Shown here piece by piece: positions 18,963-29,231 of a stretch of DNA of 64,000 nucleotides (positions are counted from its first letter, which is position 1; every line of letters begins with the position of its first letter). Both the position numbers and the translations under genes were made by a program. A model generated the notes under the pieces. That model had not been told where the DNA came from, did no database searches, and saw only the letters and a program-made list of their open reading frames with translations. The stretch is from an uncultured Pseudomonadota bacterium (GTDB taxonomy: Bacteria; Desulfobacterota; Binatia; Binatales; Binataceae), in assembly GCA_963795945.1 (NCBI GenBank), contig CAWCJN010000007.1:9193-73192 (forward strand), written 5' to 3'.

Positions 18963-21900
18963 TAATGGGCAACAGTTTGCTTTTCCTAGTACACTTCCAG
19001 TCAGTAGCGGACCGACTCTCCCGAATGGACAGCCGATGACCAAGGCTGAGACGCGCGCGGCGGTCGGATTGCTCTCACGCAGTATCGTGATCGAATCCGC
19101 GAGCGCCTTTGGCGACAAGACCTTCGATCCAACGCCGGGCAATTTCTTCGGCGGCCATACGGTGGCGCGACAAGGATTTCTCAAATTCCAGGTGCAAGGC
19201 GTAGAATTCGCGCGGCTCGGCGAGGGTGGGAAATCGGGCATTATCCAGTGCATTTTCATATGACGCGTAAAAACCCGCCGAGCACCTTTGTTAAGGACTC
19301 TTCAATCAACGAATCGATGACGCGCTGGATTGTTTTGCACGCAACCTCCGGCGTTACCTTGCAACGCAACGTTGGGTTTGAGTCGATCGGCCACGGTTAC
19401 TATCTGGAGGACGGCATGGAGACCGACAACAAGCTCTACGCCAACCTCGGAATTTTCGCGCGCGCCGCAATCAACAATGCGCAGAACCCGAGGCAAGTTC
19501 CGGGGATTCTGGCGGCGCCCGACTACCCCATTGTCCAGACTGATAAAGGACCGCTGCAAACTGGCCCCAATACTGACGTCGTGCCGTACCATTCCGATTG
19601 GAACCATCCCTCAGTCTTCTGGATCATGAACGCCTGGAACGACTTCGAAGTCAATATGGCGGCGGGTGCCGGAACCTGCGGAATTTGTTACTGGCTGCTT
19701 CCCGGAATTATCAGTGGCGGCTCGACCATGATGACGTGGGACTCGTACGCTTCCGAGCAGAAAGGTGCGGCGCGCTCGGGCACGACTCCACTGCAAGAAT
19801 TCACCGGCAACTACTGCAGCTCGGCGATGAATTCGTTCAATACGGTCGCGAATACTACCGCCTGTTTCGGTGTACAGATCGGCCCTAATCAGGCCAACCC
19901 AATTTTTCCGGTTGTCAATCCGGTGAAAAGTACTCTTGCGCCATCCTCTAACTCGACTACCCCGGATGAGAACGGTTTTGATGCGAAGAATTTCTATCCG
20001 CAAATCGGTGGCGGCGGGCGCTTCCCGACGCGCTGTCCGGCTAGCGGAGACTGCTCTAAACAGCCGATCTGCTCCACCGGTGACGAAACCAATTGTGCAA
20101 TTACCGCCATTGATCACTATACTTCGGCGTTTCATTGGACGGAGACCAATTTCTCCTCGATTTGGTTGCGCCCACAATGGTATCTCTACATCAACAGTGT
20201 GCTCAGCGACGTGCTCAACGGGGGGATCACTTTTATTACCGGCGGCGGCTATACTCAGTCTGACGCGATTCCGGACATTGGGCGTTGGCACGTAAAAATG
20301 TATTTATCGGCAATACTCAGACAATCGCGAATAACAAGTACGCGTCAAATGCGGGTCCTTTCAATCCGGCGAGCGGGATGCGCTGCGCTCAGGCAACCAA
20401 TGGGGCAAACCCCGGCAATTACTGTCTATCAGCTGACGACGGAATCAGTATCCCACTGAGCAATTTCGGCAATAATCAGAGACTATTTAATATCTATGAT
20501 GGCCCGGCCTACGAAGACGCCAATGCCTTCCTAAATATTACCAAAACCGATATCACCGACTGTCAACCTAATACCAATGCGCCAGCGAACACCTGCTTTC
20601 AAAGTAAGTGGGGCGCCGGCGGCATAATCGGAATGCCCTACGATTCGAATGAGAAGGCGTGTTATCTGCCGAATGCCGCGATCGCCTGGAAACAGCCCAA
20701 CGGCTTCTATTATCCACCAGCCTTCCATTCGCGAAGTTTATTTTTCGATAACGTCGATATTCGTCATTTTGTGATCGAGCCGCTGTTCAAGACCACCGGC
20801 CGCTTCCAAACTGACCCTGATCAGGTGAAGGTCCGCTACTGCACCTGGAATGACGGAATGTTTACCGGCTTCACTGATGTCGATCGGCAAACTGAATTGG
20901 ATGATGATGACGGTACACTCACCGGCCTACAGGGCACCATCTCGGTGAACGAGGATCCATTTTTTAATGCTCCAGTCGAAACGCCCGAATGCCTTTCTGA
21001 CGTGGGGGTGACTCCGGCACAGGCGACCAATCCGACAAATTATCCTGGAACCGCTAAGACCAGCCCATACGACTATGTCACAACGGTTATGTTTCCCGCC
21101 TGCGCCGCCGATGGCAAAGATTGTGATGGCGCGATCTGGAACAAAGACTGCACCAATCCAGATTGTTCAGGAGTCCCGCTCTATCGCCAAAACCTGACGG
21201 CTGCCGAAAATACGATGACCCCGAAACCGACGCCTTTTATTCGCTTGATGGGCCAGGCGAAATATCAACGCAGTACGCTGACCTCAAACAATAATATCTA
21301 CTATATCGATACCACTCCGAGCGCGACACTCCAGCATGCGAATCTGCGCAACGTTTTTCAACAAGGGAATACCTACTATGTATTCCTGCTATTCGCCAAA
21401 GAGACTACCAAGCAAACCTATCGGATGTTCGTGGGCAAAGATCAAAATTTCGACGTGACCAAAAATGTGTTCCTGACCCGCGTCACGCTCCCCAGCTCGT
21501 ATCACTTTACCGCCAATGGCGCGAATCCGTGGCCTGCCGCCGCTCAACCCGGCGCCCCGGGATGGACCCGCTCGTATGATCCGGCCACCGGCATCCTGTC
21601 AGTAACGATGGACATGCAGGCGATCCCGGATTTCGCCTCGCTCTACAGTCAGACCCAACAGGAGCATTGTCAGCCCACTCATTTTGCGCATGGGACGCTT
21701 CGAGCACGACCAATAAATGCCAGTGCGTGTCGCAGACCGGCGGCGGAGTTTTGCCCGGCTTCATGGGCAGTGAATGCACGGCGCAGGACAGCGCGGTTTG
21801 CAGCTGGGCGATCAAGGATGTGGACTGTCCGGCCGGCGGATGTTTTGGTTTCGGCGTGACGCTGTCGCCATTGTTTACGACCAGCGATACACCAGTGCCG

Positions 21901-22163
21901 CCGCCGCAGGCCGATTGCTATCCGCACAACGCGGACTGGAATCTCCCGTTTGATGGGATCACGAATACGACGGACGCGTGTTTTTATCAGAACCCGCCGA
22001 CAGGCAAGTTCTGCGGCTAGCTCGAACGCCGATCCCGATTATACTTCCTCACCAGTTAGCAAAACGAAGCTGGCCGGCGAGGAGCCTGCGTTGCGACGCC
22101 CTCGAGGTTGCCATATTGTCAAAGATGTAGATAATAGCGAATCTCGCGCATTCTCGATTTCTG

Positions 22164-22751
22164 ATGATTCTCACCACGCCCAATCTGCTGACGCTTGGTC
22201 GGATCGCGATAGTGCCGGCACTGGTCTATTTGCTTCAGTTCTCCGGTCCGATTCCGTCGGCAATCGCTGCGGGAATTTTCTTTTTAGCCACCATCACTGA
22301 TTTTCTCGATGGGTATATCGCGCGGAATTATGGGTCCGGAACGATTCTCGGCAAGTTCCTTGATCCTCTTGCCGATAAGTTAATCGTCATTACGGTCTTA
22401 ATAATGCTCGCCGGGATGGCGCGAGCGCCGCGCGTACCTTCGTGGCTGGTAGTCGTGCTGGTTTCGCGAGAGCTGATTATCACCGGCTTACGCGCGATTG
22501 CTGCTGCTGAAGGTTTTGTGCTCGCGGCGGAAGAATTGGGCAAGTACAAGATGACTTTGCAATGCATTGCGCTACAAGGTTTACTGGTGCATTACACATA
22601 TTTCCATGTCGATTTCTTTGCTGCAGGTATGTTCACCCTGTGGCTGGCGACTGCCTTGAGTATCTGGTCTGGAGTCGATTACGCGGTCAGGATGCGCGCC
22701 ATCTTTGGCGCGAAGCCGGTTGCGGTGAGATCGAAGCGCGCCCTTGCGTAA
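22164..22751 (+). CDS. pgsA: CDP-diacylglycerol--glycerol-3-phosphate 3-phosphatidyltransferase
   Basis: 195 aa with the CDP-alcohol phosphatidyltransferase motif DFLDGYIARN....GKFLDPLADK, and multiple TM helices. Confidence 0.9.
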   Translation: MILTTPNLLTLGRIAIVPALVYLLQFSGPIPSAIAAGIFFLATITDFLDGYIARNYGSGTILGKFLDPLADKLIVITVLIMLAGMARAPRVPSWLVVVLVSRELIITGLRAIAAAEGFVLAAEELGKYKMTLQCIALQGLLVHYTYFHVDFFAAGMFTLWLATALSIWSGVDYAVRMRAIFGAKPVAVRSKRALA

Positions 22752-22839
22752 AATTGCGTCCAGCGGAATCGGGTCTGCTCGGGATTTGACAGCATAACGT
22801 TGAGAAGTTACAAGTTTAGCCCCCATTCGCGGCGGCAGA

Positions 22840-22915
22840 GCGGGTGTAGCTCAGTTGGTAGAGCGCGTGCTTGCCAAGCACGAGGTCGTCGGTTCGAAAC
22901 CGATCACCCGCTCCA
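22840..22915 (+). tRNA. tRNA-Gly (anticodon GCC), CCA encoded
   Basis: GCGGGTGTAGCTCAGTTGGTAGAGCGCGTGCTTGCCAAGCACGAGGTCGTCGGTTCGAAACCGATCACCCGCTCCA. 76 nt, anticodon loop TTGCCAA. Confidence 0.92.
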
Positions 22916-22917
22916 AA
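22876..22917 (+). repeat. attL-type direct repeat (3' part of the intact tRNA-Gly)
   Basis: AAGCACGAGGTCGTCGGTTCGAAACCGATCACCCGCTCCAAA, identical to 27024-27065. Confidence 0.95.
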
Positions 22918-23597
22918 GATTCTCCAATCAATTCAGCCTCTTAGAGCCGGGTTGTTCCGAGCGAGCACTCGCGCTCAGCTTTCCATCACCTACGTATCAC
23001 CTAAATTGTGCGGAAAATCCAACTCCAACCGCTCTCCGAAGCGTCGCGCCAACGTTCAGGTGTACGTCATCTACGACCAGAACGAACGCTGCATCTGCTG
23101 TCCGAATCGATCTCACGTGCGAATCTGTCTCGCTCCACGAAAGAGGCCGCTTCTGACGCTCTGCGCGGTCATCCTCGCGCGAGGTCTTCGCAACCGCGCG
23201 AGCGAATCGCTGAAGCTCATCCGCGCGCCTTGAGCGCCTCGAGCCGCTCGGCAGAGGAAGCCGCTCGAAGCCACCTGTCCTGGGCTCGGTCAATTCCGTT
23301 CCAAGTGCGGTTCATTCCGTAAGGTAGGCGAAAAGGGAGTACAGCGGTGAGTCCCCGTGGACAGCCGAGCGAGCCCATACAGGGGTGCCCGAATTGGCGC
23401 TGGCGGATGCGCGCTTGTGGAAACAACAAGGCTAGGTTCGCGAACCGATGCCTTGCGTTCCCCGCAAACCTTTCAAAATTGGTGAAAAGGTCAGCGGGGA
23501 ACGTCATTTATTGAGAGAGGGAGGGAGGAGCAGTGCGTCCAGAGCGTGTCACGCGGGGCATGGCGCGCTCCAACGCGCGACCGACCGAACAACCGAT

Positions 23598-24738
23598 CTA
23601 ATGCTGCAGGTTAACTCGGAGATTTGCGATTGGATTGCGATTAATCCAAGAATGCGGCTCCCGAAAAAAGTTCCATGTATCGAGTCCAACAAAATCAGTG
23701 ATACCTTCCAAGTATTCACGTCGCATATGAGTGAACAATCGACCCATCATTTGTTCTCTTGTATTGCTCTCGTTCGAGAGAGCAGGGTCGACGACTACGA
23801 TCCTTCGCAACGAAGCGTTATCCTGCAGCCAGCAGATATTTAAAATGAAAATCAATCGGAGGAATAGAATATCCGATGACTATAATTCGCGTAGCGTCGC
23901 GAATTAGCCCTACCGCTTCGTCCCATACAGTGGACAGGCTCTTCGTGAAAGATTTCCGCCATGTTGGTGGAATTAGGAGAGGATCTGCATCTGTCTGCAA
24001 CACCTTCGAATACTCTCCGTAAATATTTATTCTCGAATTCGCCACCAACGACCAATTTACGGAGCCATGGAGTTTTAAAACCGGAATCGCGTCTTCGTCC
24101 TTTGAGCAGCCGGCCGAAGGGTGTAGCTCCGGGTCTAGCGTTTTGCCGTATGAGAACGGCATTCCTAGCCGAGACAAAGCATCCTCCGCAATTGTGTCGT
24201 AGTTGAAGCTGATGATCGCATCGTGCCTCGTGTTGGGCCGATCGCAGAAGAAGCTCGACATCCAGCCTAAGTAAACATCGTAAAGAGGTCGACTCAGTCT
24301 TCTCTTGTTACCTTGGATATAAGTTGCGAGCGCTTCATCGGTTGGTGGCTGTTGCGACGACCAACTAACCGAAGGGTACTGACTCGCTCCGTACTTAGCC
24401 ACATCCTCTCTGCAAGCCTTTGCGTAATCCAATGTCGCGGAGATCGCGAGCGCGACGTCCACGCCACCCGTATTAATACTTGCTGACGCAAGGCTGAATA
24501 GCTCTTCGATGTTCTCTACATTCAAATGCACCCTGTATGACGCAGAGGCCGCCCTCACACGAAAGCGCAACACCTTCTCTACAGCTTCAGCCTCGCGTTT
24601 ACGATTTTTCTCAATAAGCCAAGCAAGGCTATCCCGCATGACATTTATGAAAGAAGCTACAACCGGTAAACCGGCGTCTACTGAAAAGCCCGTTCCGAGG
24701 ATGTAGACATTGTTATCGGTGAAGACAAAATGAGACAT
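23598..24738 (-). pseudogene. SIR2-like (SIR2_2 / PF13289-type) protein, one frameshift near the C-terminal quarter
   Basis: ORF 23818..24738 carries YILGTGFSVDAGLP, IISFNYDTIAEDAL, VLKLHGSVNW and RIIVIGYS. The C-terminal part LQDNASLRRIVVVDP... continues in ORF 23598..23855. The frames meet at about 23820-23835. Confidence 0.7.
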
Positions 24739-24766
24739 TTCGTTGAGTCTCTAATTCGTGAGGTCT

Positions 24767-25171
24767 CTAAATGAACCTTCCGTTCACAGACCGACGAGCG
24801 CAGGCTGCACGAGCGCGACCGCCTGCTGCATAGCGTTCGTACTCCATCCGATAGGCTTCGGATTTATTTGACTCTGGCATGAACCGACCGTCGAAGTAGC
24901 GCCAAGCAGTTCGGACGCGAGCAAGTCCACCAGCTCGCCCGCGCGGACTGGGGCGGCGCATTGCTTCGGCGAACCGTTCGATCGCAGCTCCTATGGCAGG
25001 AGCGACGACTGCCGCAGCGGTGACATTCGCCGCAAGGCTCCGCACTTGACGCTCACCTTCGACGCGTGCGCGAAGCATCGCCTGTTCGGATTCGAGACGC
25101 TGAACGCGTGCGCTTATATCGCTGGTGTACGACTCTATTGCCGACTGGATGTGGCGGCGTGTTAGCAGCAT
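24767..25171 (-). CDS. Hypothetical 134-aa protein immediately upstream of the SIR2 gene
   Basis: Helical N-terminus (SARVQRLESEQAMLRARVEGERQ), an Ala-rich centre and an Arg-rich tail. A 28-nt gap separates it from the SIR2 start. No family recognised. Confidence 0.45.
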   Translation of the reverse strand: MLLTRRHIQSAIESYTSDISARVQRLESEQAMLRARVEGERQVRSLAANVTAAAVVAPAIGAAIERFAEAMRRPSPRGRAGGLARVRTAWRYFDGRFMPESNKSEAYRMEYERYAAGGRARAACARRSVNGRFI

Positions 25172-25416
25172 GTGAATGAATTATACGCTCGCGCCAAGCG
25201 TCCAAAAAGTAGAGCGATTCCCTGAGCTTTTTGTTGTGAACAGTTCGCTGGCGTCTTAGGGGACATTGGGCTGGCTCGCTGGCGCTCGCTGGATGAGAAC
25301 AAACGGGAAATAAAGGGCAAGAAAAGGGAATCGGCTGATCGAAAAAACGAGCGCCGCGCTGGCAAGTCGATTGACTTCAATCCAAGCATGGCGTTTTCTT
25401 GTTGGTAGGTATTACC

Positions 25417-25827
25417 ATGCTCAGTTCAAATCAAAATTCACGCATAGTCAAGTCGGCCTGTAGCCTCTTCATCGATCCATGCGCAGGAACTTACCTTCGT
25501 CCCCTTGCGGGAACCCATTTCGAGCTTGTTCGCAAACTTGAGGAGTTCAAACCGGAGTCCGAAGGCGGCAATCCGCGCATCAGTCTCGCCGAGGTCGCGC
25601 GTCGAATTGGACGCGAGCGAAAGACCCTGTATTGCTGGATTGACAAGGGCGGGCTCCGTCAGGAGCACGGCCTAAAGCGGATAAACGGGCGCTGGTCGGT
25701 CGACTGGCCGATCTTCCTTGGTGCATTCGACGAGGGAAGAGTCGGCCGATGTCGTGAAGGCGAATCGCGGCTGGCTCGCGCTCGCTCATATTCCCCACCG
25801 CGGGGAGTACTTCGACGAATACCTTGA
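25417..25827 (+). CDS. HTH (excisionase/AlpA-like) DNA-binding protein
   Basis: ISLAEVARRIGRERKTLYCWIDKGGL...RINGRWSV resembles Xis/AlpA-type HTH proteins. The start is uncertain, and the 3' end overlaps the integrase start in another frame. Confidence 0.4.
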   Translation: MLSSNQNSRIVKSACSLFIDPCAGTYLRPLAGTHFELVRKLEEFKPESEGGNPRISLAEVARRIGRERKTLYCWIDKGGLRQEHGLKRINGRWSVDWPIFLGAFDEGRVGRCREGESRLARARSYSPPRGVLRRIP

Positions 25828-26937
25828 GCTGACTGATACCCGCGACAATCGCCGCGAGGCCGCACGCATCAAGCGTGCACTGGAAGCTGCGACTCTGAAT
25901 GGAACCTTCGAAACGGAATTCCGGCGACGGTTCCCGAAGTCGAAGCGGCTCGTGCGTTTCGAAGCCGCAGCGTCCGATCCGACGCTGGGCGAATTCGCTC
26001 TGGCGTGGCTCGAGGAACGTCGCACCCAAATCACGCCAGCCAGCCAGAGCCACTATCGACTTCAACTCAAAAATCATCTGCTCGGATTCCCAATCGCGAG
26101 CAGGCATGTCGCGGAAATAACTGACGGTGACGTGACTCAATTGATCGCGGCTCTGCAGGAGCAGTTTGCTGACGGTGCTTGGTCCGGAACGCGAACGATC
26201 AACATGGTGATCGCACGCTTACGATCGATCTTCGCGACGGCCAAACGGCGGAAGCTCGTCGCCGCCGACCCGATGCAATACGTCCGCAACCTGCGTCAGC
26301 CGAAGCCGGACGCTGATCCGTTCGACCTCGGCGAGGCGCTTGCGTTGGTGCGCGCTTCCGACGATTGGGAACGCGCCTTTGTCAGCGTTCTGATCTTTAC
26401 AGGGATGCGTCCGAACGAGGCGCTCGCGCTCCGCTGGTCACAGGTCGACTGGGTGCACAAGCTCATCTGCGTGCGTCAGGCGTCGGAAAAGGAGGTCGGC
26501 TCAATCTGCCGAAAACTCCGAACTCAGAGCGCGACATCGAGATGCTCGAATTCGTGCGCGACGCTCTGCAGGAGCAGAGAGCTCGTTCGCAGCTCAAGGG
26601 CGAACTGGTCTTCTCTTCAGCGAACGCAACGCTGATCGATCTCAACAACTTTCGCGCGCGAAGCTGGGCGCGAATCGTGTGTCACGCGGGCGTGCGGACG
26701 CGGACCCTTTATCAGTATCGCCACACGTTCGCGCGTCTGCTGATTGAGCAGGGAGCGACGCCGCAGCACGTCGCATCGCAACTCGGCCATGCCAGCGTGC
26801 GCATGGTCTTCGACGTGTACGGGCGTTGGCTGAACCGTCCGACGAGCGCGGCGATGGCTGCACTCGATCGCGCAATCTCTGTCACCCATGTATCACCCAA
26901 ATTTGGCGGGGACAAGAAAGGAATTGAAGGGAAATAG
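25718..26937 (+). pseudogene. int: Tyrosine recombinase / phage-type integrase, one frameshift
   Basis: ORF 25718..26635 has an arm-binding N-terminus (VKANRGWLALAH..GEYFDEYLELTDTRDNRREA) and SAM-like plus catalytic regions (FTGMRPNEALALRW). ORF 26365..26937 supplies LPKTPNSERDIEML...YQYRHTFARLLIEQG...LGHASVRMVFDVYGRW. The frames meet at about 26470-26490. Confidence 0.8.
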
Positions 26938-27023
26938 GGGAATGGTACAAGATGGGAAACAAGCCATCACGCAATTCCGCTAATAGTGGCGCGGAATTTT
27001 CGAGAGGCGGGCGAAGAACTTGC

Positions 27024-27065
27024 AAGCACGAGGTCGTCGGTTCGAAACCGATCACCCGCTCCAAA
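27024..27065 (+). repeat. attR-type direct repeat (displaced tRNA-Gly 3' fragment)
   Basis: The same 42-mer. Similarity extends 5 nt further upstream (CTTGC), with a 1-nt gap relative to the tRNA. Confidence 0.95.
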
Positions 27066-27431
27066 AGCGATCCTCGATTTCGATTTCAGTCACCAAGATT
27101 TGAGCGGATTCGCCAATCTTTGATTGGTAGACTCGCGTTAGCCGCAACTCGGCAATCAAAGAAAAGCCAGGACAGGCAATACGAATCCACCGCGAGGGCA
27201 TCACAATGGATGCAGTTTCGCGCTTGAAGCCTGACGATGATCGGCTAGTTTTTCGATTCTCAAAAATGAACGGAATTATGATCGCGAAACGGATTGCGGC
27301 TGTCTTCGTACTCCAGTGCGTGTACACTGTTAAATGACTATTGAAGTAGCTACCTATTTGTACGCAATGTATAGCTTATAGCTATTTCATACGGTCAATT
27401 TCAGTTGATGCATGTCTAAGGGGGGCCTTGA

Positions 27432-28550
27432 ATGCGCATCATCTCGTTCCCGCGAAAGCATTTCGCATGGAATCTACTTTATCTGGTTAGCTTTGCTTCG
27501 ATTGTTTTTATATTACCATCGCAAACCAAGGCTCAATCACTTTTTCAGGCTATGCCACTGATAGACTTCACCGGTGGGGAGCTTTATCAGAACAAATTCA
27601 ACGGGATGCTGTATAACAACTCAAACACATTGGCCGGTACGCAAGATGGGGATGCGCGCGCCGCCGCAGCAGCAGTTGTACTGCTGGACGCACAAGGGAA
27701 CCCCTCATTGAGTGGTAAAATCGGAGTCGTCGCGATTGGGATGTCGAACTGGACCGAGGAAATCTGTGTTGGTCCTGACGCTAACATGGATCCCTCGATG
27801 GGTTGCGCGACTGGCACCTTCATGCAACGGGCTCAACTGGCTCAACAGGCTGGAATTATCAATCCTGCAATTGTTTTTGTTGACTGCGCCCAGGCGGGTC
27901 AGGATGCTGGGGATTGGGCCGTTACGGGTTCCCCAGCTTGGAGTAAATGCCTGAATGCTCGCCTGCCAGCGACCGGATTGACGGCCAAACAAATTAAGGT
28001 GGTGTTGTGGAAGGAAGGGGATATCCAACCGGCATCCAATAATTTGAGGACGCTTGCGGCGATGATCGGGAATATTTGTACGAAGGCCGACGCGAACACT
28101 ATCGATAGTTGCTTTGACGAGCAACACACGGGCAAGGCCGCTCGGCTGATGCGCAAGAAGTTTCCATCGGTTCAGCTGATGTTTTTGCATAGCCGGATTT
28201 ATGGAGGATATGCGAATCTCGTCGGCAGCACGGAAAATCCCGAACCTTACGCGTATGAGTATGGATTCGCCACCAAATGGCTGATTGAAGCGCAAAACAA
28301 TCAGCTAAACGGTGGTGGTATTAATTCCGTCGCGGGTAACTTGAGTCTAAGGGAGTCCCCAGTGTTGGTGTGGGGACCGTACCTTTGGGCCAGCGGGACG
28401 ACTCCGCGCTCCGATGGGTTGGTGTGGTTGCAAACCGATTTCGACGCCAGCGATGGGACTCATCCGACCGAGAGCGGATGGACCAAAGTGGCCGATCTGA
28501 TGATGAACTTCTATAGTAGTAGTCCTTACGCGACGCCTTGGTTCAACTAG
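27432..28550 (+). CDS. Secreted protein, possibly an SGNH/GDSL-type hydrolase
   Basis: Signal peptide (LLYLVSFASIVFILPSQTKAQS), a block-I-like VVAIGMSNW and a C-terminal DGTHPTESGW (a DxxH-like block V). The family call is tentative. Confidence 0.35.
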   Translation: MRIISFPRKHFAWNLLYLVSFASIVFILPSQTKAQSLFQAMPLIDFTGGELYQNKFNGMLYNNSNTLAGTQDGDARAAAAAVVLLDAQGNPSLSGKIGVVAIGMSNWTEEICVGPDANMDPSMGCATGTFMQRAQLAQQAGIINPAIVFVDCAQAGQDAGDWAVTGSPAWSKCLNARLPATGLTAKQIKVVLWKEGDIQPASNNLRTLAAMIGNICTKADANTIDSCFDEQHTGKAARLMRKKFPSVQLMFLHSRIYGGYANLVGSTENPEPYAYEYGFATKWLIEAQNNQLNGGGINSVAGNLSLRESPVLVWGPYLWASGTTPRSDGLVWLQTDFDASDGTHPTESGWTKVADLMMNFYSSSPYATPWFN

Positions 28551-28596
28551 ATGACGGGACAGCCCAGCTCCTCGATTGACTACATGCTCTGCTCGG

Positions 28597-29007
28597 TCAG
28601 TTGAAGTGTCGTTCGATATAAATCAACGCGCTTTCCAGATCGGGCAGGATTTTAGTGCAAAATTTAACCATCCACGGCGAGCAATCAGCATAGCTGAGCG
28701 GACTGAAGGCGATTACGAATTTGCCGAGATCATAGCTGGCGTAGAAAACTTCCATCGCAGTGCCGAGCGAAGCCTTGCAGTAGTTGACCAGTAGCAGATC
28801 GGCTTCACGCACGTCTTGCAAATCAAAATCCACAATCTCGTTGGCGGAATCGATCTCGCGATCGCGGAAATTACGCCGCAGAGGGTCGAGTAGGATAAAA
28901 CGTCCAGCAAGACGTTCCTTGGCGCGTGTGCGCCAATCTTTGGCCGCCGATAACTCCGCGTCCATAATCGGCCCACATAGGTAGATTTTACGTACGTCCG
29001 AACTCAT
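28597..29007 (-). CDS. Nucleoside 2-deoxyribosyltransferase-like protein
   Basis: 136 aa. KIYLCGPI at the N-terminus, ADLLLVNY...LGTAMEVFYA, and overall size match the PF05014 fold pattern. Confidence 0.5.
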   Translation of the reverse strand: MSSDVRKIYLCGPIMDAELSAAKDWRTRAKERLAGRFILLDPLRRNFRDREIDSANEIVDFDLQDVREADLLLVNYCKASLGTAMEVFYASYDLGKFVIAFSPLSYADCSPWMVKFCTKILPDLESALIYIERHFN

Positions 29008-29231
29008 CGAGCGAGCGTAGCATAACCGCCAGCGTCGAATCCCGCAGCTTGAATCGCTTGTTTTGCAGAATTGTGAGCCGATTACAGGGGTCGTGCGTCT
29101 TGACGTAGTGCGCGATTTTTGTAGCGCAAACCCGGCTTCAATCCGGAAAAATCAGTGATTTCAGGTTGATGGGTTTCGCTACGCATGGCAAGCAGTTAAA
29201 AATAGTTGAGCGCCAACCTTGATTAGCTTAG

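Larger units (their letters stand above)
17336..22020 (+). pseudogene. Large secreted G8-domain / right-handed beta-helix protein (about 1100 aa if repaired), disrupted
   Basis: Five collinear ORF pieces: 17336-17674, 18963-19230, 19233-20283, 20285-21680 and 21686-22017. N-terminal TM/signal, G8-like GAGTYNYGNVNIYKGGTLKF..ILIENTGVLQAG, the HYPVHFHM motif, and a Cys-rich C-terminus. Interrupted by IS3 (17675-18962) and by frameshifts at about 19228-19230, 20280-20287 and 21682-21685. Confidence 0.75.
22876..27065. mobile_element. Integrative islet in the 3' half of tRNA-Gly (about 4.2 kb)
   Basis: Bounded by 42-bp perfect direct repeats. It contains a tyrosine integrase, an HTH/excisionase-like gene and a two-gene SIR2 cargo. 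Confidence 0.85.

Noticed and set aside
22871-23233. Plus-strand 120-aa ORF starting inside tRNA-Gly, and other ORFs in 22.9-23.5 kb
   Set aside because: They overlap the tRNA and are Arg/Ser/Pro-rich with non-coding-like composition on every strand. They are treated as the non-coding arm of the islet.
23306-23470. GTGCG... start reminiscent of a group II intron 5' end, or a retron-like ncRNA next to SIR2
   Set aside because: No reverse transcriptase/maturase ORF, no domain V-like sequence and no msr/msd-style flanking repeats that I could find. The GTGCG is too short a motif to carry weight.
25162-25389. 75-aa minus-strand ORF in the divergent region between the 134-aa gene and the HTH gene
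   Set aside because: It overlaps the start of the 134-aa gene, has low-complexity Ser/Phe/Arg content and no RBS. It is more likely promoter or attP-arm DNA.
25580-26140. 186-aa minus-strand ORF inside the integrase region
   Set aside because: It is antisense to the integrase N-terminal domain, which has clear family motifs.
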